Virus record (IMG/VR): IMGVR_UViG_3300029845_000007
Direction: 5' to 3' (one strand)
Source of the DNA: a virus
Length of the DNA: 64,000 bases
The notes under the pieces are model-generated. The model had not been told where the DNA came from. It saw only the letters and a program-made list of their open reading frames with translations, and did not search any database. A program made the position numbers and the translations under genes. Shown here in pieces: positions 1-10,701 of the stretch. Position 1 is the first letter of the stretch; every line of letters starts with the position of its first letter.

Positions 1-942
1 CTTAACAGAATTCATATTAGCTTTAGTCAAAGCATTAGGAGCAAAACTACTACTATAATCCTTTTCTAAACCAAAGTTATTATAGTTATCCTTTAATAAT
101 CTTGTCCTAGAACCAAGAGCTGATTTCTTTAATTCAGGATATTTCTTATATACCTTAGCTCTCACATCAGAACGACCGTGAAGTCCGGCTAATCTAAGAG
201 CATCACGAGCATCAGCTTTAGTAGGAATAGGATAACTACGACCACCACCTGCAAAGTCTTTAGACTTAACACTAGGATAAGGTTTCTTATCTGAACCGTA
301 ATCTTTCTTACGAGATAATCCTCCTAGCTTTTTCTTACCAGTTATTGTTCTCATATTTCTTTTCTTTTTAGTACCATCATCATTAAGACCATTTCTATCT
401 TTAAATGACTCTTGAGCATTAAACACTTTAGAAGGCTTAGCACCTTTCTGAACTAATTCAGCCGGACTATTACCATTAAGTATAGGTTGAGCACTGAATA
501 CTTTAAGTTGCTTAGGAGTAACTTGCACTACTTCACCACCTTCAGCTTCAACACCTGTCTTACCTGCATCAATAACAATACCTCCAGTATTGTGTTTACG
601 TCCTTTAAGAAGAAACGAATCTTTCTTAATAGGAATAGCTGTACCACCCTCGACAATATGTGCTTTCGTTCCTTTATGGGGGAAAGTTCGTACCTTCCCG
701 CCCTTAGATAAGTATTGGCTTAAGAACTGTGACCTCTCTTCTTCGGACATCATGTTCTCATTTTGAGCACTGGCTAAAGCCTGATTGTCTTGTAGGTTTT
801 GAAGACGCTCTTGTCTTAACCTTTCGGCTTGTTCAGCTTTCTTCTTCTTACGATTGCCTATGATACCGCTAACAATACTAGTACCAACAGAAATCGCAGT
901 ACCTATAAATGCTTTAGGTCTTTGTTCATTAATACGTTTCAT
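1..942 (-). CDS. Hypothetical virion-associated protein, truncated at its 3' end by the window edge. The N-terminus reads MKRINEQRPKAFIGTAISVGTSIVSGIIG (a TM-like segment) and is followed by Lys-rich low-complexity sequence.
   Basis: Manual translation of the minus strand. The ATG at 942..940 overlaps the TAA stop (944..942) of the upstream 1808-aa gene as TAATG. The frame stays open to position 1. It is absent from the ORF track because there is no stop inside the window. Confidence 0.5.
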   Translation of the reverse strand, partial: MKRINEQRPKAFIGTAISVGTSIVSGIIGNRKKKKAEQAERLRQERLQNLQDNQALASAQNENMMSEEERSQFLSQYLSKGGKVRTFPHKGTKAHIVEGGTAIPIKKDSFLLKGRKHNTGGIVIDAGKTGVEAEGGEVVQVTPKQLKVFSAQPILNGNSPAELVQKGAKPSKVFNAQESFKDRNGLNDDGTKKKRNMRTITGKKKLGGLSRKKDYGSDKKPYPSVKSKDFAGGGRSYPIPTKADARDALRLAGLHGRSDVRAKVYKKYPELKKSALGSRTRLLKDNYNNFGLEKDYSSSFAPNALTKANMNSVK

Positions 943-3900
943 TATTCTCTATATTTATTAACATAACATTCAATCTTCTTAATCTCTATCTTAGCTGTTC
1001 CGTCATTAATTACAAAACGCACACCTAGATATTTACCATTAATAAGATTGGATTTAAATGGTTCGTAATTCTTATCAACATCAACAGTCAATTTACCAGT
1101 AAGTCTATCTATTGGATAATTAGTAACTACTTCGTTTAGAACACTACGGAAATAATTATAATTCCATTTACCATGTTCATAATAAGGTTTAGCTGTATCG
1201 AAAGTATTACGTTCATTAACAGTAATATCTTCAAGTCTACTTATCGAAGTATTACTAAACAATAGTATCTTATTACCTGCAAAGTTAATGTCGTTAGCTT
1301 TATATAAGTCATAACTTATGTAGTTAAGTACTTTAATAGTATCGTATTCAAGATTGAATAATACATCGACTACCATAGTATTATTGTTGTCTCCTACATA
1401 GAAAGGATTCTTATTAGCAGCTATCTCAAAGTCTGTATATTTAAGATAACTCAAAGGCTTTACGAATCCTAATTGACCTATAATATTCTTCTTGTTGAAG
1501 GAACTAATATACAAATTAGTTTTTGTATTATAAAATCCTCTACATAAATAAGTATGTACACTTATCCAAGTATTAGTGACGAAATTGTAACTAAGGGTAA
1601 AGTCTGAAACATCTCCCATAAAGGAACAAATCAACCGATTATTCTCCTTATCCATTCCCATTAGTATTTGAGTATTACTAGTTAAATACTCATCTAATAT
1701 AGACTGTACTCCGTCACCTAAGTCATTTAAATTCTTCTCATCAAATCTATATAACCTCTTCTTGCTTCTGTCTAAGAATATATAGCCAGCTTCATTACAT
1801 ACGTATGCTTCAAAATCTTGTAGACCACCATATCCTTTTTCACTAGTAAATACCTCTTGATAATCAATATCAAAAGCATCAGGCATTAACATTTGAACAT
1901 CTTTGTCTTTAGTATAAAGCGTATTATCTCTATTAAAGATAAACATTGAATGTTCGCAATGAGCTATAAGATAAGTGCCAATACCAATAACGTTAATGAT
2001 ATCACCTTTATTTTCGCTAATTATCTTATAAGCATTAGGTCTAAATATTCGCCATTTATTCTCTACTGATTCATCACTAATAACATCGCTTCTACGAATA
2101 GTTTGACGGTATTCTGTAACAAAGTTACTATATAATAATTCATTATAATTAATAAATTTCTTACCTGCATAATCAAGATACATACTACTTATTTCAAATG
2201 TATCATTAATAGTAGTAGGCAATAGATGAATCATACGAACATTCTGAACGAAAGAATTATTATCAGTATGAATAGTATAGTATCTTTCATCAGGAGCTGT
2301 TTTAATAGTTTTAGCAAATAATGGATATAGCGAATAATAATTAAGAATTATTCTACTTATAGGAGTATTACCTACTCTTTCACTATCCCAATGTACTCTA
2401 GGGAAATTAGGATAAAGATTAGTATTATCCGTAGCCTTCTTAGGTATTGGGTCAGTAGTATCATAGTATACACCATTACGATTAAATGCATAAACACATG
2501 CTGTCATAAAGTAATAATTATAATTATAGATATAATCTTCATAACCATAATTATAAATATCTCCTGTTGGATTAACATACTTAATATAGCCAAGTGGAAT
2601 AAGGTCTTTATTCTCCGACATATATAAGTTATCACTTATATTAAGTAATAAACCATTTACATAACCTCTACCGTTTGTAGTATAGAATCCTAACTTTAAT
2701 GACTTATTCAAAACAAGATTAACAACAGCTTCTCTACCTGCATTATTATCATCTTTGCTATCAGCCATTATAATAGTAGAACTTTTAATAGCTCTAATAT
2801 CTCCAAATTCTTCTGAAGGATTAGATTGATTGAAATTAGCATCACTACTATAATAGTCAGTAAACATAGGACCTTTATAGGCATTGCCCATAGTATAACG
2901 ACTATCAGTAATAAAGATATTACCGGCACCTGACTTCTTTATAATATCAAATTCAGGATAATAGAAACGAATATTATTAACTTGTTCATTAAATGCAGTA
3001 TTAAAATCATCATCTCTACGTACAGGAACACCTTCACTAACTAATATAGGTTCTGTCTTTTCATAAGATATAAAATATCCTACGAACTCTTTTCTCATAG
3101 GTATGTTGTCAAATAAGAACTCTATCTGATGAATTCCTCTGTGACTAGGATTTCTAGTTCCTCTAAACATACGATTGCCATTATTGTTTTTATAAAGAGC
3201 AATACCATTAGAATTATATTTAGGAAATATATTACAGAATCTTACATTACTAATGCTATCAAATATATTAACTACATCGTGTGCATTATTAGTATTAATA
3301 TTACCATATTGACTTTTATAAGCATCAAATTTAGTCTTAATATCAGATATTAGAGTGTCTTCATTTATATCCATTGTTAATGAAGTATTACCTTCATTAG
3401 CTGTACCTAAACTAATAGTCTCTGAATAACTCATAGTATTAGGAATATTAATACCGTCAGTAATATTACCATTAGGATATACATAATGTACGAAGAAGTT
3501 ATATACGCATTGATTAATTGCATACTTAGCACTATCTGAATAAAATTCTGTATCTTCAGGTTTAGTTTCACTATCTAATATCTTAGGAGAAGCAAATCCA
3601 AAAGCATAACTAATATAACCTCCGTCAGGACCACTAACACGAAGTTCTTTATACTTATCATTATTATGCAGTTCAAGGAACTCACTACCACTAGAACGAA
3701 TACCACCTTCGCTTATTGCTAATACACCGTCTTTACCAAAAGTAGGAATATCAAGAAGTAAACCGTCATAATTACTAATTCCGTCAAGATTAAACTTCTT
3801 ATTCTTTTGGAAACAAATATATAAGTTACCTAATACTCCTTCATAGGCTTTAGTACTTTCAACACTTACTCTATCATAAATAGTATAATCTTCATTACCT

Positions 3901-6368
3901 GTGTAATCATAAGTAGAAACAGTCCTTAGATAATTTATAAATGGAATAACTATCATGAACTCTTTCTCGGCAGTTATAATAGTTTGATTCCCTTCTTCTA
4001 CTGTTTCTTTAATATAACCAACAGGATAAGCCTTTAAGTCAGTAAATGTTTTAGTAGAACTTAAATCTGCACTAAGACTACTTATAACATTAAAGTCAAC
4101 AGTATAACTTTCATCAATATTGAAATCGTCATCTGTTGGTTCTCTATCTACTTTCCATTTATATACTGTTTCATGTATTCCTTCAATTTCGTTAATTAAA
4201 TCTTGTGTAGATTTATTTTCATTGTTGAAATTAACAGATAGATTAGGAAATAATTCATCTATTGTATGTCTACTAGTTTCGCCTTCACTATTAATAATTA
4301 AAATAGCATCTTCTCTACGATGCCAATAACTATCGTCTAATCTACTATATTTAGTAGCAAACATAAACTTATTCTTAGATACATCATATGCAATTCTAAG
4401 TTTATCTCCTTCGGTTAATCCTCCTTCAGCTTGTGTCTTAACATCATTTATTGCTCCCGTAGGATTAATTGTTTCATATTCATCAATAGTATATATAGTT
4501 GAATTAGGAAACTTAGCTTTAATAATATCTAATACTCCTCCATAGTCCACATAAGCTGTTTGAAAAGAACGTCTAAATTTCATTCCTTTATCAACAGGAT
4601 TTCCAGTAGACATATCATATATTTTATAATAAAAGTCAATAGGATTATAACGGTCGTATTTTAATTTATATGTTTCTTCTCCAATAGTAACATTTCCTAA
4701 GTAAAACCACATAGGCTCGATAATTTCTCTAGTATCTATATTTAAGTCAAATTCTTCAATTGATACTACTTTAAAATCGTTACTAAAATCTCTTTGAATA
4801 TTAGGAGCACTATAAGGAGTGCTAGTAAACAAATCATTAGTACGTCCATATCTTACGTAAGGATGACTTACGAATCCTAAACTTACTATACTAGAATATT
4901 TATCAGGATATATCTCATCATAGTAAGTACTTCCGTATCTACTAAATTCTAGTATATACCAATCTTTATCATCAGGTTTAACAACTACGGCAGTAGCAGC
5001 TTCATATAGATTATCTGCATCTTGATAAGAAACATAGAACGGAGTAGTATGACTATCATAATTACTATCTTTATAGAAAGCTCTAATAAAGTCTTGGGAT
5101 GAAATCATTAAACAATAAATACCGTAACTATTCTTACCAATACGAGTAAGGAAGAACTTTCTAGTAACTTCTTTATATTCACTACCGTCACCATAAGCAC
5201 GTCCTTTAATAGTCACTACATATCCTTTATTAATATCAAACGTTCTAGGATTATTAACTATTGATGAAGTTGTAGCTCTAGCAACACTACGTTTCATTAT
5301 AGATTTATTTCTGATAAAATCTTTAACTCGAACTTGTATATTACTAGTATCAATAGAACTTACAAGACTATCAATGTTTTCTTCCTTATAGTTAGCTACA
5401 TACAATCTATTGTTATAGTTACATAAGGTTTTTACATTATATAGATTAAAGAAAGAACTAGTAATATCATCTAGACTAAATGTTTCGTTATAAACATCGT
5501 CTATCGTGATTCTACTAGTTTTAATATCTATATCAGAAGTATTATATACTTTAGTATCTCCCTTTTGAGTATTAATTATATAACCTATTTGATAAGCTGT
5601 ATAATTAAGACCTGAATTATCTATTTGTAACCCTAGTTCGATATTTAAGTTTACCTTTTCAGTATTTAGATTAGTATCTTCTTTAAAAGTAAAGTTTCCT
5701 ATCTTATAGTTAACAGGGAGATTACCGCTACTGTCGTCATAACCAAAACTATTATCTTCGATAGTAGTTTGATTTCCTTTATCCCATACTAATACAGGAG
5801 TTCCAATAGGAAACCAACCAGTATAATCGTTTCCTTCTTTATATCTAATAAAGAAATTATATATTCCTTTATAGATAGTGCTACCTGATACTAACTTGGA
5901 GTTATTAAGATTAGTCTTAGGGATATTAGGAACTAACGTATATTTAATATCGCTTCCACCTTCTAGGTAATTAGGTTTATTAAGATTAATTATCTTTAAT
6001 GGAACTTCTTCATCAGAATTAAGTTCAGTAATAGCAACAATTAATTCATTATTTACATTATAGGTATATGTACCTATAACTTTACCGCCTTGATAATTCC
6101 AATTAGTAGTAACTTCCGTAATAGCTTTAGTAGATTCTTTATATCTTCTAATCTTACTATTATTAGTAAAGATAACTATTTCATCAGAGCAAGAGATAAC
6201 ACCGACTATCTCTTCATTTTCACTTAATGTTATAATTGTCTCGATTGACTGTTCATTCTGAATAGAATTACCGTCACGAGAAACCATAGCATTAACAGCA
6301 TGGGTCATTGAACCATTCTTAATGGATTCATAACCTCCGTCTTTGTTTAACTCCTTAACTATTTCCAT
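942..6368 (-). CDS. Giant virion or tail protein (1808 aa) rich in N, Y and T, with beta-rich fibre or spike-like composition. Function unknown.
   Basis: Uninterrupted 5.4-kb ORF in the structural operon. It is translationally coupled to both neighbours. No recognisable catalytic motif was seen by eye. Confidence 0.8.
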   Translation of the reverse strand: MEIVKELNKDGGYESIKNGSMTHAVNAMVSRDGNSIQNEQSIETIITLSENEEIVGVISCSDEIVIFTNNSKIRRYKESTKAITEVTTNWNYQGGKVIGTYTYNVNNELIVAITELNSDEEVPLKIINLNKPNYLEGGSDIKYTLVPNIPKTNLNNSKLVSGSTIYKGIYNFFIRYKEGNDYTGWFPIGTPVLVWDKGNQTTIEDNSFGYDDSSGNLPVNYKIGNFTFKEDTNLNTEKVNLNIELGLQIDNSGLNYTAYQIGYIINTQKGDTKVYNTSDIDIKTSRITIDDVYNETFSLDDITSSFFNLYNVKTLCNYNNRLYVANYKEENIDSLVSSIDTSNIQVRVKDFIRNKSIMKRSVARATTSSIVNNPRTFDINKGYVVTIKGRAYGDGSEYKEVTRKFFLTRIGKNSYGIYCLMISSQDFIRAFYKDSNYDSHTTPFYVSYQDADNLYEAATAVVVKPDDKDWYILEFSRYGSTYYDEIYPDKYSSIVSLGFVSHPYVRYGRTNDLFTSTPYSAPNIQRDFSNDFKVVSIEEFDLNIDTREIIEPMWFYLGNVTIGEETYKLKYDRYNPIDFYYKIYDMSTGNPVDKGMKFRRSFQTAYVDYGGVLDIIKAKFPNSTIYTIDEYETINPTGAINDVKTQAEGGLTEGDKLRIAYDVSKNKFMFATKYSRLDDSYWHRREDAILIINSEGETSRHTIDELFPNLSVNFNNENKSTQDLINEIEGIHETVYKWKVDREPTDDDFNIDESYTVDFNVISSLSADLSSTKTFTDLKAYPVGYIKETVEEGNQTIITAEKEFMIVIPFINYLRTVSTYDYTGNEDYTIYDRVSVESTKAYEGVLGNLYICFQKNKKFNLDGISNYDGLLLDIPTFGKDGVLAISEGGIRSSGSEFLELHNNDKYKELRVSGPDGGYISYAFGFASPKILDSETKPEDTEFYSDSAKYAINQCVYNFFVHYVYPNGNITDGINIPNTMSYSETISLGTANEGNTSLTMDINEDTLISDIKTKFDAYKSQYGNINTNNAHDVVNIFDSISNVRFCNIFPKYNSNGIALYKNNNGNRMFRGTRNPSHRGIHQIEFLFDNIPMRKEFVGYFISYEKTEPILVSEGVPVRRDDDFNTAFNEQVNNIRFYYPEFDIIKKSGAGNIFITDSRYTMGNAYKGPMFTDYYSSDANFNQSNPSEEFGDIRAIKSSTIIMADSKDDNNAGREAVVNLVLNKSLKLGFYTTNGRGYVNGLLLNISDNLYMSENKDLIPLGYIKYVNPTGDIYNYGYEDYIYNYNYYFMTACVYAFNRNGVYYDTTDPIPKKATDNTNLYPNFPRVHWDSERVGNTPISRIILNYYSLYPLFAKTIKTAPDERYYTIHTDNNSFVQNVRMIHLLPTTINDTFEISSMYLDYAGKKFINYNELLYSNFVTEYRQTIRRSDVISDESVENKWRIFRPNAYKIISENKGDIINVIGIGTYLIAHCEHSMFIFNRDNTLYTKDKDVQMLMPDAFDIDYQEVFTSEKGYGGLQDFEAYVCNEAGYIFLDRSKKRLYRFDEKNLNDLGDGVQSILDEYLTSNTQILMGMDKENNRLICSFMGDVSDFTLSYNFVTNTWISVHTYLCRGFYNTKTNLYISSFNKKNIIGQLGFVKPLSYLKYTDFEIAANKNPFYVGDNNNTMVVDVLFNLEYDTIKVLNYISYDLYKANDINFAGNKILLFSNTSISRLEDITVNERNTFDTAKPYYEHGKWNYNYFRSVLNEVVTNYPIDRLTGKLTVDVDKNYEPFKSNLINGKYLGVRFVINDGTAKIEIKKIECYVNKYRE

Positions 6369-7036
6369 TAGTCTCTAGGTCTAAATGTTGCATTATAAAA
6401 GAACGACGCCCAACCTTTATAGGCATTAGCATCTTGATTTTCATTAATAACAGAAGCTCTTGCTCTGTCACGAGAATCTCTCCATAATAAATATGGATTA
6501 ACTGGCATAGCACCTTGTAGAGAATATACTTGATGTTTAAGTCCTCTACTTAGTAACTTCCACATACAAAACCATTCAAGAGCTTCGATAAGTTTTCCGT
6601 TATCAGGTATAACAGGAATATTACAATGAAAAGTATCACTATATACAGTCTTAACTGTAAGATAGGATACTTTAACAACATCTGTATCAAAGTTTAATTG
6701 AATAGCATTAGCATCACGAAGATAAACGTAATTACGTCCTTCATAGTTTTCAGAATCTATTTCAACAGTACGTTTACTTTCTCGCTCCCTAGCTTTCTCT
6801 CGGTCTTGAGCGAAGTATTCAGTAGTACCGGAAGAGCAACCACAGTTTCCTTTCTTTATGGGGGAAACCTCACACCCGTCTGCATACACTTTAAATGCGT
6901 TCATACAACATGGGAAATAAGCAACTCTATCAACAACTTCAATAGTAGTTTCTTTTTCTTCATATTGAAGAATACCCATTTCATTCATAGCATCTATACA
7001 CCAAGTACCAACTCTAGGTATATAATCGCTACTCAT
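6368..7036 (-). CDS. Hypothetical Cys-rich structural-module protein. Start chosen at the internal ATG 7036 because the longer ORF (to 7177) overlaps the upstream gene.
   Basis: ORF-track entry 6368..7177. The first ATG downstream of the upstream gene's stop (7053) is at 7036..7034. Confidence 0.45.
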   Translation of the reverse strand: MSSDYIPRVGTWCIDAMNEMGILQYEEKETTIEVVDRVAYFPCCMNAFKVYADGCEVSPIKKGNCGCSSGTTEYFAQDREKARERESKRTVEIDSENYEGRNYVYLRDANAIQLNFDTDVVKVSYLTVKTVYSDTFHCNIPVIPDNGKLIEALEWFCMWKLLSRGLKHQVYSLQGAMPVNPYLLWRDSRDRARASVINENQDANAYKGWASFFYNATFRPRD

Positions 7037-7052
7037 AATATTGAAATCATTA

Positions 7053-8030
7053 TCAAGTCTTGCGATAATAGTTTCTATTGAAGATAGGTTTTTGTTCATT
7101 GTTTCTAATATATTTTTGAGTATAACTTGGGTCAAACTTAGAAATAAGAGAGACGCGATTGTTAATATCAGTATCAAGATTTATTATATCTTCTACACTA
7201 TGACATTTTGCAAGTAGTTCAGCATTTGTAACATTCATGTGATTATTTATACCACAAAATTTAAATACTGTCCTATTCTTAACTGCACCGTCAATCATAA
7301 TAACTCTACAAGACCAATCCGAATTATTATAAGATATATATTTAACACCGTCATATTCCTCTCCTTTTGCAATAGCTTCAAGATGTTTCTTTTTATTATA
7401 AGGCGTAAGTCCTTTAATAATAAGTTCTTCTTTATTTCTTCTAGTTTCTACAAAGTTAATACGTTTTCTATGCTTAATAACTTTACCGTCAGCAGTAATA
7501 TGTGATTCAGTTCTTTTTACTCTTTCTATAATAAGGCAACCTATTTTCTTCTCAAACTTATAAATCTTTCCTCTCAATACTTGCCTTCCTATTTCTCCAA
7601 AGAACAGGTAACAATACTTTTTGTATTGTTCTCTTGTAATTAACTTACGCTTCTTTAATACATCTTGTCTTATCTCACAATCTTTTATCTTACGAAGCAC
7701 TCTAAAGTATTGCTTTAGATTACGGTAAAGATTGCCATATCTTAATTGTTTTACATCCGTAAACTTAACATACTTCTCATCTATGGCTTTCTCCATTTTT
7801 TGATTAGTATCTAACTCATCTGTATTCCATTCCCAGTAGTTATATACACATACATCAAATATGGCTTCAACAGCATTTCTATTTTGTTCAATAGAGTATT
7901 TAATTCGATAAAGCAAAGATTTATATCTGACTATATTGTGAGACACAAGGTCGTACTCCTCTTCACTTGTCTCTATAAAATGTGTATACATATTACGTAT
8001 GTCATATCTATCTATTGCATTTACTTTCAT
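7053..8030 (-). CDS. Hypothetical strongly basic (K/R-rich) protein of 325 aa. It is possibly nucleic-acid binding.
   Basis: ORF with a 4-nt overlap with the next gene. Lys/Arg-rich composition. No defined nuclease motif was recognised. Confidence 0.55.
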   Translation of the reverse strand: MKVNAIDRYDIRNMYTHFIETSEEEYDLVSHNIVRYKSLLYRIKYSIEQNRNAVEAIFDVCVYNYWEWNTDELDTNQKMEKAIDEKYVKFTDVKQLRYGNLYRNLKQYFRVLRKIKDCEIRQDVLKKRKLITREQYKKYCYLFFGEIGRQVLRGKIYKFEKKIGCLIIERVKRTESHITADGKVIKHRKRINFVETRRNKEELIIKGLTPYNKKKHLEAIAKGEEYDGVKYISYNNSDWSCRVIMIDGAVKNRTVFKFCGINNHMNVTNAELLAKCHSVEDIINLDTDINNRVSLISKFDPSYTQKYIRNNEQKPIFNRNYYRKT

Positions 8031-8719
8031 ACTTCTATCTGTTGTTGGTTTATATCATCTTTAACTGGAACTTCATTAGTTACTCTCTCAACATTAAGTA
8101 GATTACGTTTATAGATTACATCTTTAATACGTTCTACCATATCTTCAGGAATAATAAATTCATCATCATTATCAATACTTGATTCCATTTTTTCATTAGT
8201 TTCAATTGGAATTTCAGTAGGTATCTCAAATGGAGATTCAATGATAATATGACCTAATGGTTCAATAAGTGGATTACCATTACTATTAACATATAAATAA
8301 CCATTGATATAATCATAACTTAAACTGGTACACATTCCTGGAAGAGCTTTATAAAATTGAGCATTTGCTTCCTTAATAAATGGAATAGCCATATTATCAT
8401 ATCCAACAGTACGAACACTAACAAATGGTAAATTGTTATCAAGACGAACTGGTCTAGGAACTCTATTCTTACTTCTCTTAACTTTATACTTAGTACTAAC
8501 AAGAGTTTGGAATATATCTCCGTCAGGAACATTAATTAGACTTATCCTGTATCTTTGCATTAATATCTTATCGACATTAGCATGACGTTGATAAGTCTGA
8601 CGTATCTGTTCATTGAACGTATGAATAACTGCACTACGAATAGTACGTCTCGCAGTAAAGTTATTCGGCTGATGAATAGCATGAGCTATTTCAGATACAA
8701 TTTGATTTAACGAACTCAT
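8027..8719 (-). CDS. Hypothetical structural-module protein (230 aa).
   Basis: ORF preceded by a 350-bp non-coding region. Coupled stop/start with the downstream gene. Confidence 0.6.
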   Translation of the reverse strand: MSSLNQIVSEIAHAIHQPNNFTARRTIRSAVIHTFNEQIRQTYQRHANVDKILMQRYRISLINVPDGDIFQTLVSTKYKVKRSKNRVPRPVRLDNNLPFVSVRTVGYDNMAIPFIKEANAQFYKALPGMCTSLSYDYINGYLYVNSNGNPLIEPLGHIIIESPFEIPTEIPIETNEKMESSIDNDDEFIIPEDMVERIKDVIYKRNLLNVERVTNEVPVKDDINQQQIEV

Positions 8720-8987
8720 ATCACTATTATTTTGAATTAGTATTATAACAAATATAGTTATTATATTGGTATCGACAAGACTTTTACTAATAATTTTAAT
8801 TCAGCACTTCTATCTAGCTTGCTAGCTAGCTTACAGATATTCGCGTTGTAAACATTTTTATACAAGTGACACATTTTAAGACCCGTGGTGGCACGCAATA
8901 CTGTCGGATAATAGTAAGTTAAGAAAAGGTACTAAAGTCCTATGGTGAGCTTCTATGAAAGCGTAGGAAGGTGGGACATACTTTTTA

Positions 8988-9007
8988 TTCCCCCATAAAG
9001 GAGCGTG
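8988..9007 (+). repeat. Copy of the dispersed GC-rich element TTCCCCCATAAAGGAGCGTG, here intergenic.
   Basis: Exact match to the family consensus (see finding 1). Confidence 0.8.
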
Positions 9008-9067
9008 TATACTGAAAGAGCCGACTATCTCTAGTCGACTCTCACTTGTTAATCTTACTAATAGTAC

Positions 9068-9427
9068 TTACTTTGGATATTGATTAGGTTCATTATCTTC
9101 AACTTCTATAAACTTTCGATAGTCTATATTGAAGAACGCCAATATTGGCTTCATAATCCAGCTCCAAAATACGAAGCTAAGAATAATAGAATTAAGTACT
9201 ACCTTAACATCTCCTAGCTTTAATGAGAAGTATATTACTCCCATTATTAAAGCACATACTAGAGTTATTACTCTTTTATTCCAAGTACTTACTACTTTGT
9301 TTCCATTAAGTTTGTCAACTAATTTAATTACTAGATACGCTAGCACATTTACACAGATTACAAACGCAAAATTAAAACTAGTAGCCGTAGTACGTAGAAT
9401 CTCACTAAGTATATTCTCGAAGCCCAT
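9068..9427 (-). CDS. Multi-pass membrane protein (about 119 aa from the MGFENILSE start). Holin- or lysis-like candidate.
   Basis: Three to four hydrophobic helices in the translation. The ORF-track entry 9068..9454 was trimmed to the ATG at 9427. Confidence 0.45.
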   Translation of the reverse strand: MGFENILSEILRTTATSFNFAFVICVNVLAYLVIKLVDKLNGNKVVSTWNKRVITLVCALIMGVIYFSLKLGDVKVVLNSIILSFVFWSWIMKPILAFFNIDYRKFIEVEDNEPNQYPK

Positions 9428-9428
9428 A

Positions 9429-9602
9429 TTACAGCAAGAATAACAAAGTACCAAGAATAATAGTTAACAACACACCTCCTACTCTTATGTAGGTAACAAC
9501 TTTTGCAGGAAGAACGCTAGTAGCTTCTTTCCATACAAATGCTATAATAGTAATAGCTATTACAGCAACAAACAACACTTTCATTAAGATTCCCATAAGC
9601 AT
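9429..9602 (-). CDS. Small two-TM membrane protein (57 aa, MLMGILMKVLFVAVIAITIIAFVW...). Possible holin or antiholin partner.
   Basis: Manual translation. It lies just below the 60-aa ORF-track cutoff. Its TAA stop overlaps the ATG of the downstream membrane-protein gene. Confidence 0.3.
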   Translation of the reverse strand: MLMGILMKVLFVAVIAITIIAFVWKEATSVLPAKVVTYIRVGGVLLTIILGTLLFLL

Positions 9603-9704
9603 TAATTTTTATATTACACAACAAATATAAAACTTTATTTTAAAAAGAAAAGAGAGACTACTATTATTTAGTAATCTCTCTTTAGGAATATAACAGAACT
9701 TGTA

Positions 9705-10325
9705 TTACTTCAATTCGTTGAAATACTTCCAGAGTTTATCTTCTCCAAAATCAACGTCATCAAACCAAAAGTCGATAGCACTCTCGAATATCATATCGTC
9801 AAAGTTTCCTTTACCGAACCACTTCTCGAATAACTTACAGTAGTCGTGATATTGAGCATTAATAGCTACATATACATCAGCAACTTCTATATCTTCTTCT
9901 AGTTTATCTTTGAATTTATTACAAACTTCGTGAGCTTTTTGCATATCGTATTTTTCACCGATATATTTCTTACCGTCTTTGACATGGTACATCTCATCAA
10001 CAGTTTGCTTAGCTTCCTGTTTATTGAAGTGTTCATCACCATATTCATAACGTTCGTCTTCACCTACTCCGAGCATTCGCATAAGAAGCATACGTTCATC
10101 ATCATCATATCCTCTATGATGTTCATCGTAACCTCTATGTTCATCTCCTTCGTAGTTGTCGTAAGTCCTATATCCAATACGATTCATCATTCCTCTTCCA
10201 CGACCGCCACGACCGCTTCTTCCACGACCGCCACGAGCAAGGAAATCATTAATTCGTTCGTACATTCTATCTCTTCGAGAACGAGCACGAACATCATGGT
10301 CTGTCTCGTATGGTACTTCTCTCAT
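9705..10325 (-). CDS. RGG/Arg-Gly-rich and acidic low-complexity protein (206 aa). Possible packaged or nucleic-acid-binding protein.
   Basis: ORF. The N-terminus reads ARGGRGRSGRGGRGRG. The DNA shows the direct repeat cacgaccgccacga twice at 10190–10240. Confidence 0.6.
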   Translation of the reverse strand: MREVPYETDHDVRARSRRDRMYERINDFLARGGRGRSGRGGRGRGMMNRIGYRTYDNYEGDEHRGYDEHHRGYDDDERMLLMRMLGVGEDERYEYGDEHFNKQEAKQTVDEMYHVKDGKKYIGEKYDMQKAHEVCNKFKDKLEEDIEVADVYVAINAQYHDYCKLFEKWFGKGNFDDMIFESAIDFWFDDVDFGEDKLWKYFNELK

Positions 10326-10329
10326 AATA

Positions 10330-10701
10330 TTACTTAGTTAATAATTGTCTGAATGTTTCCAAATCAGACTGGTTGAACATAATTCCTTTATTAATAAAAG
10401 GAATAGAAATAGTTATGTTACCATTAGAAATGTTACCATTACCAAGAACAGGGATACTAAAATCAAAGTTAGGAATAGATTTGATTATTTCAATCTCTTC
10501 ATCAACAATACCTTCAATATCAATCTTACCGTCTTTAGCAATAGCGTTTATAAACTTATCAAAACTATCAATGTTATTAATAATTGCACGTTTAGCCAAA
10601 GGCTTAACTAACTTAATAGCCGGATTGGATTCGCCAAGAACATCAATCTGATTAACAATATAATCTTGCAGCTTTTGTTTTACTACACTTACTTCTATCA
10701 T
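10330..10701 (-). CDS. Hypothetical protein (123 aa).
   Basis: ORF with 1-nt coupled boundaries to both neighbours. Confidence 0.55.
   Translation of the reverse strand: MIEVSVVKQKLQDYIVNQIDVLGESNPAIKLVKPLAKRAIINNIDSFDKFINAIAKDGKIDIEGIVDEEIEIIKSIPNFDFSIPVLGNGNISNGNITISIPFINKGIMFNQSDLETFRQLLTK

Noticed and set aside
2391-4329. Plus-strand ORFs of 60–80 aa inside the giant minus-strand genes. The same pattern recurs at 18654, 20869, 21434, 24387, 26750 and 28958.
   Set aside because: They give low-complexity I/L/K/N-rich translations, as expected from the antisense of AT-rich coding DNA. They lie fully inside long uninterrupted ORFs of the opposite strand.
8720-9067. Possible tRNA gene in the intergenic region. 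The region 36713–37083 was also checked.
   Set aside because: No GTTCRANYC T-loop or cloverleaf could be traced by eye. tRNAscan-SE would be needed to exclude this formally.
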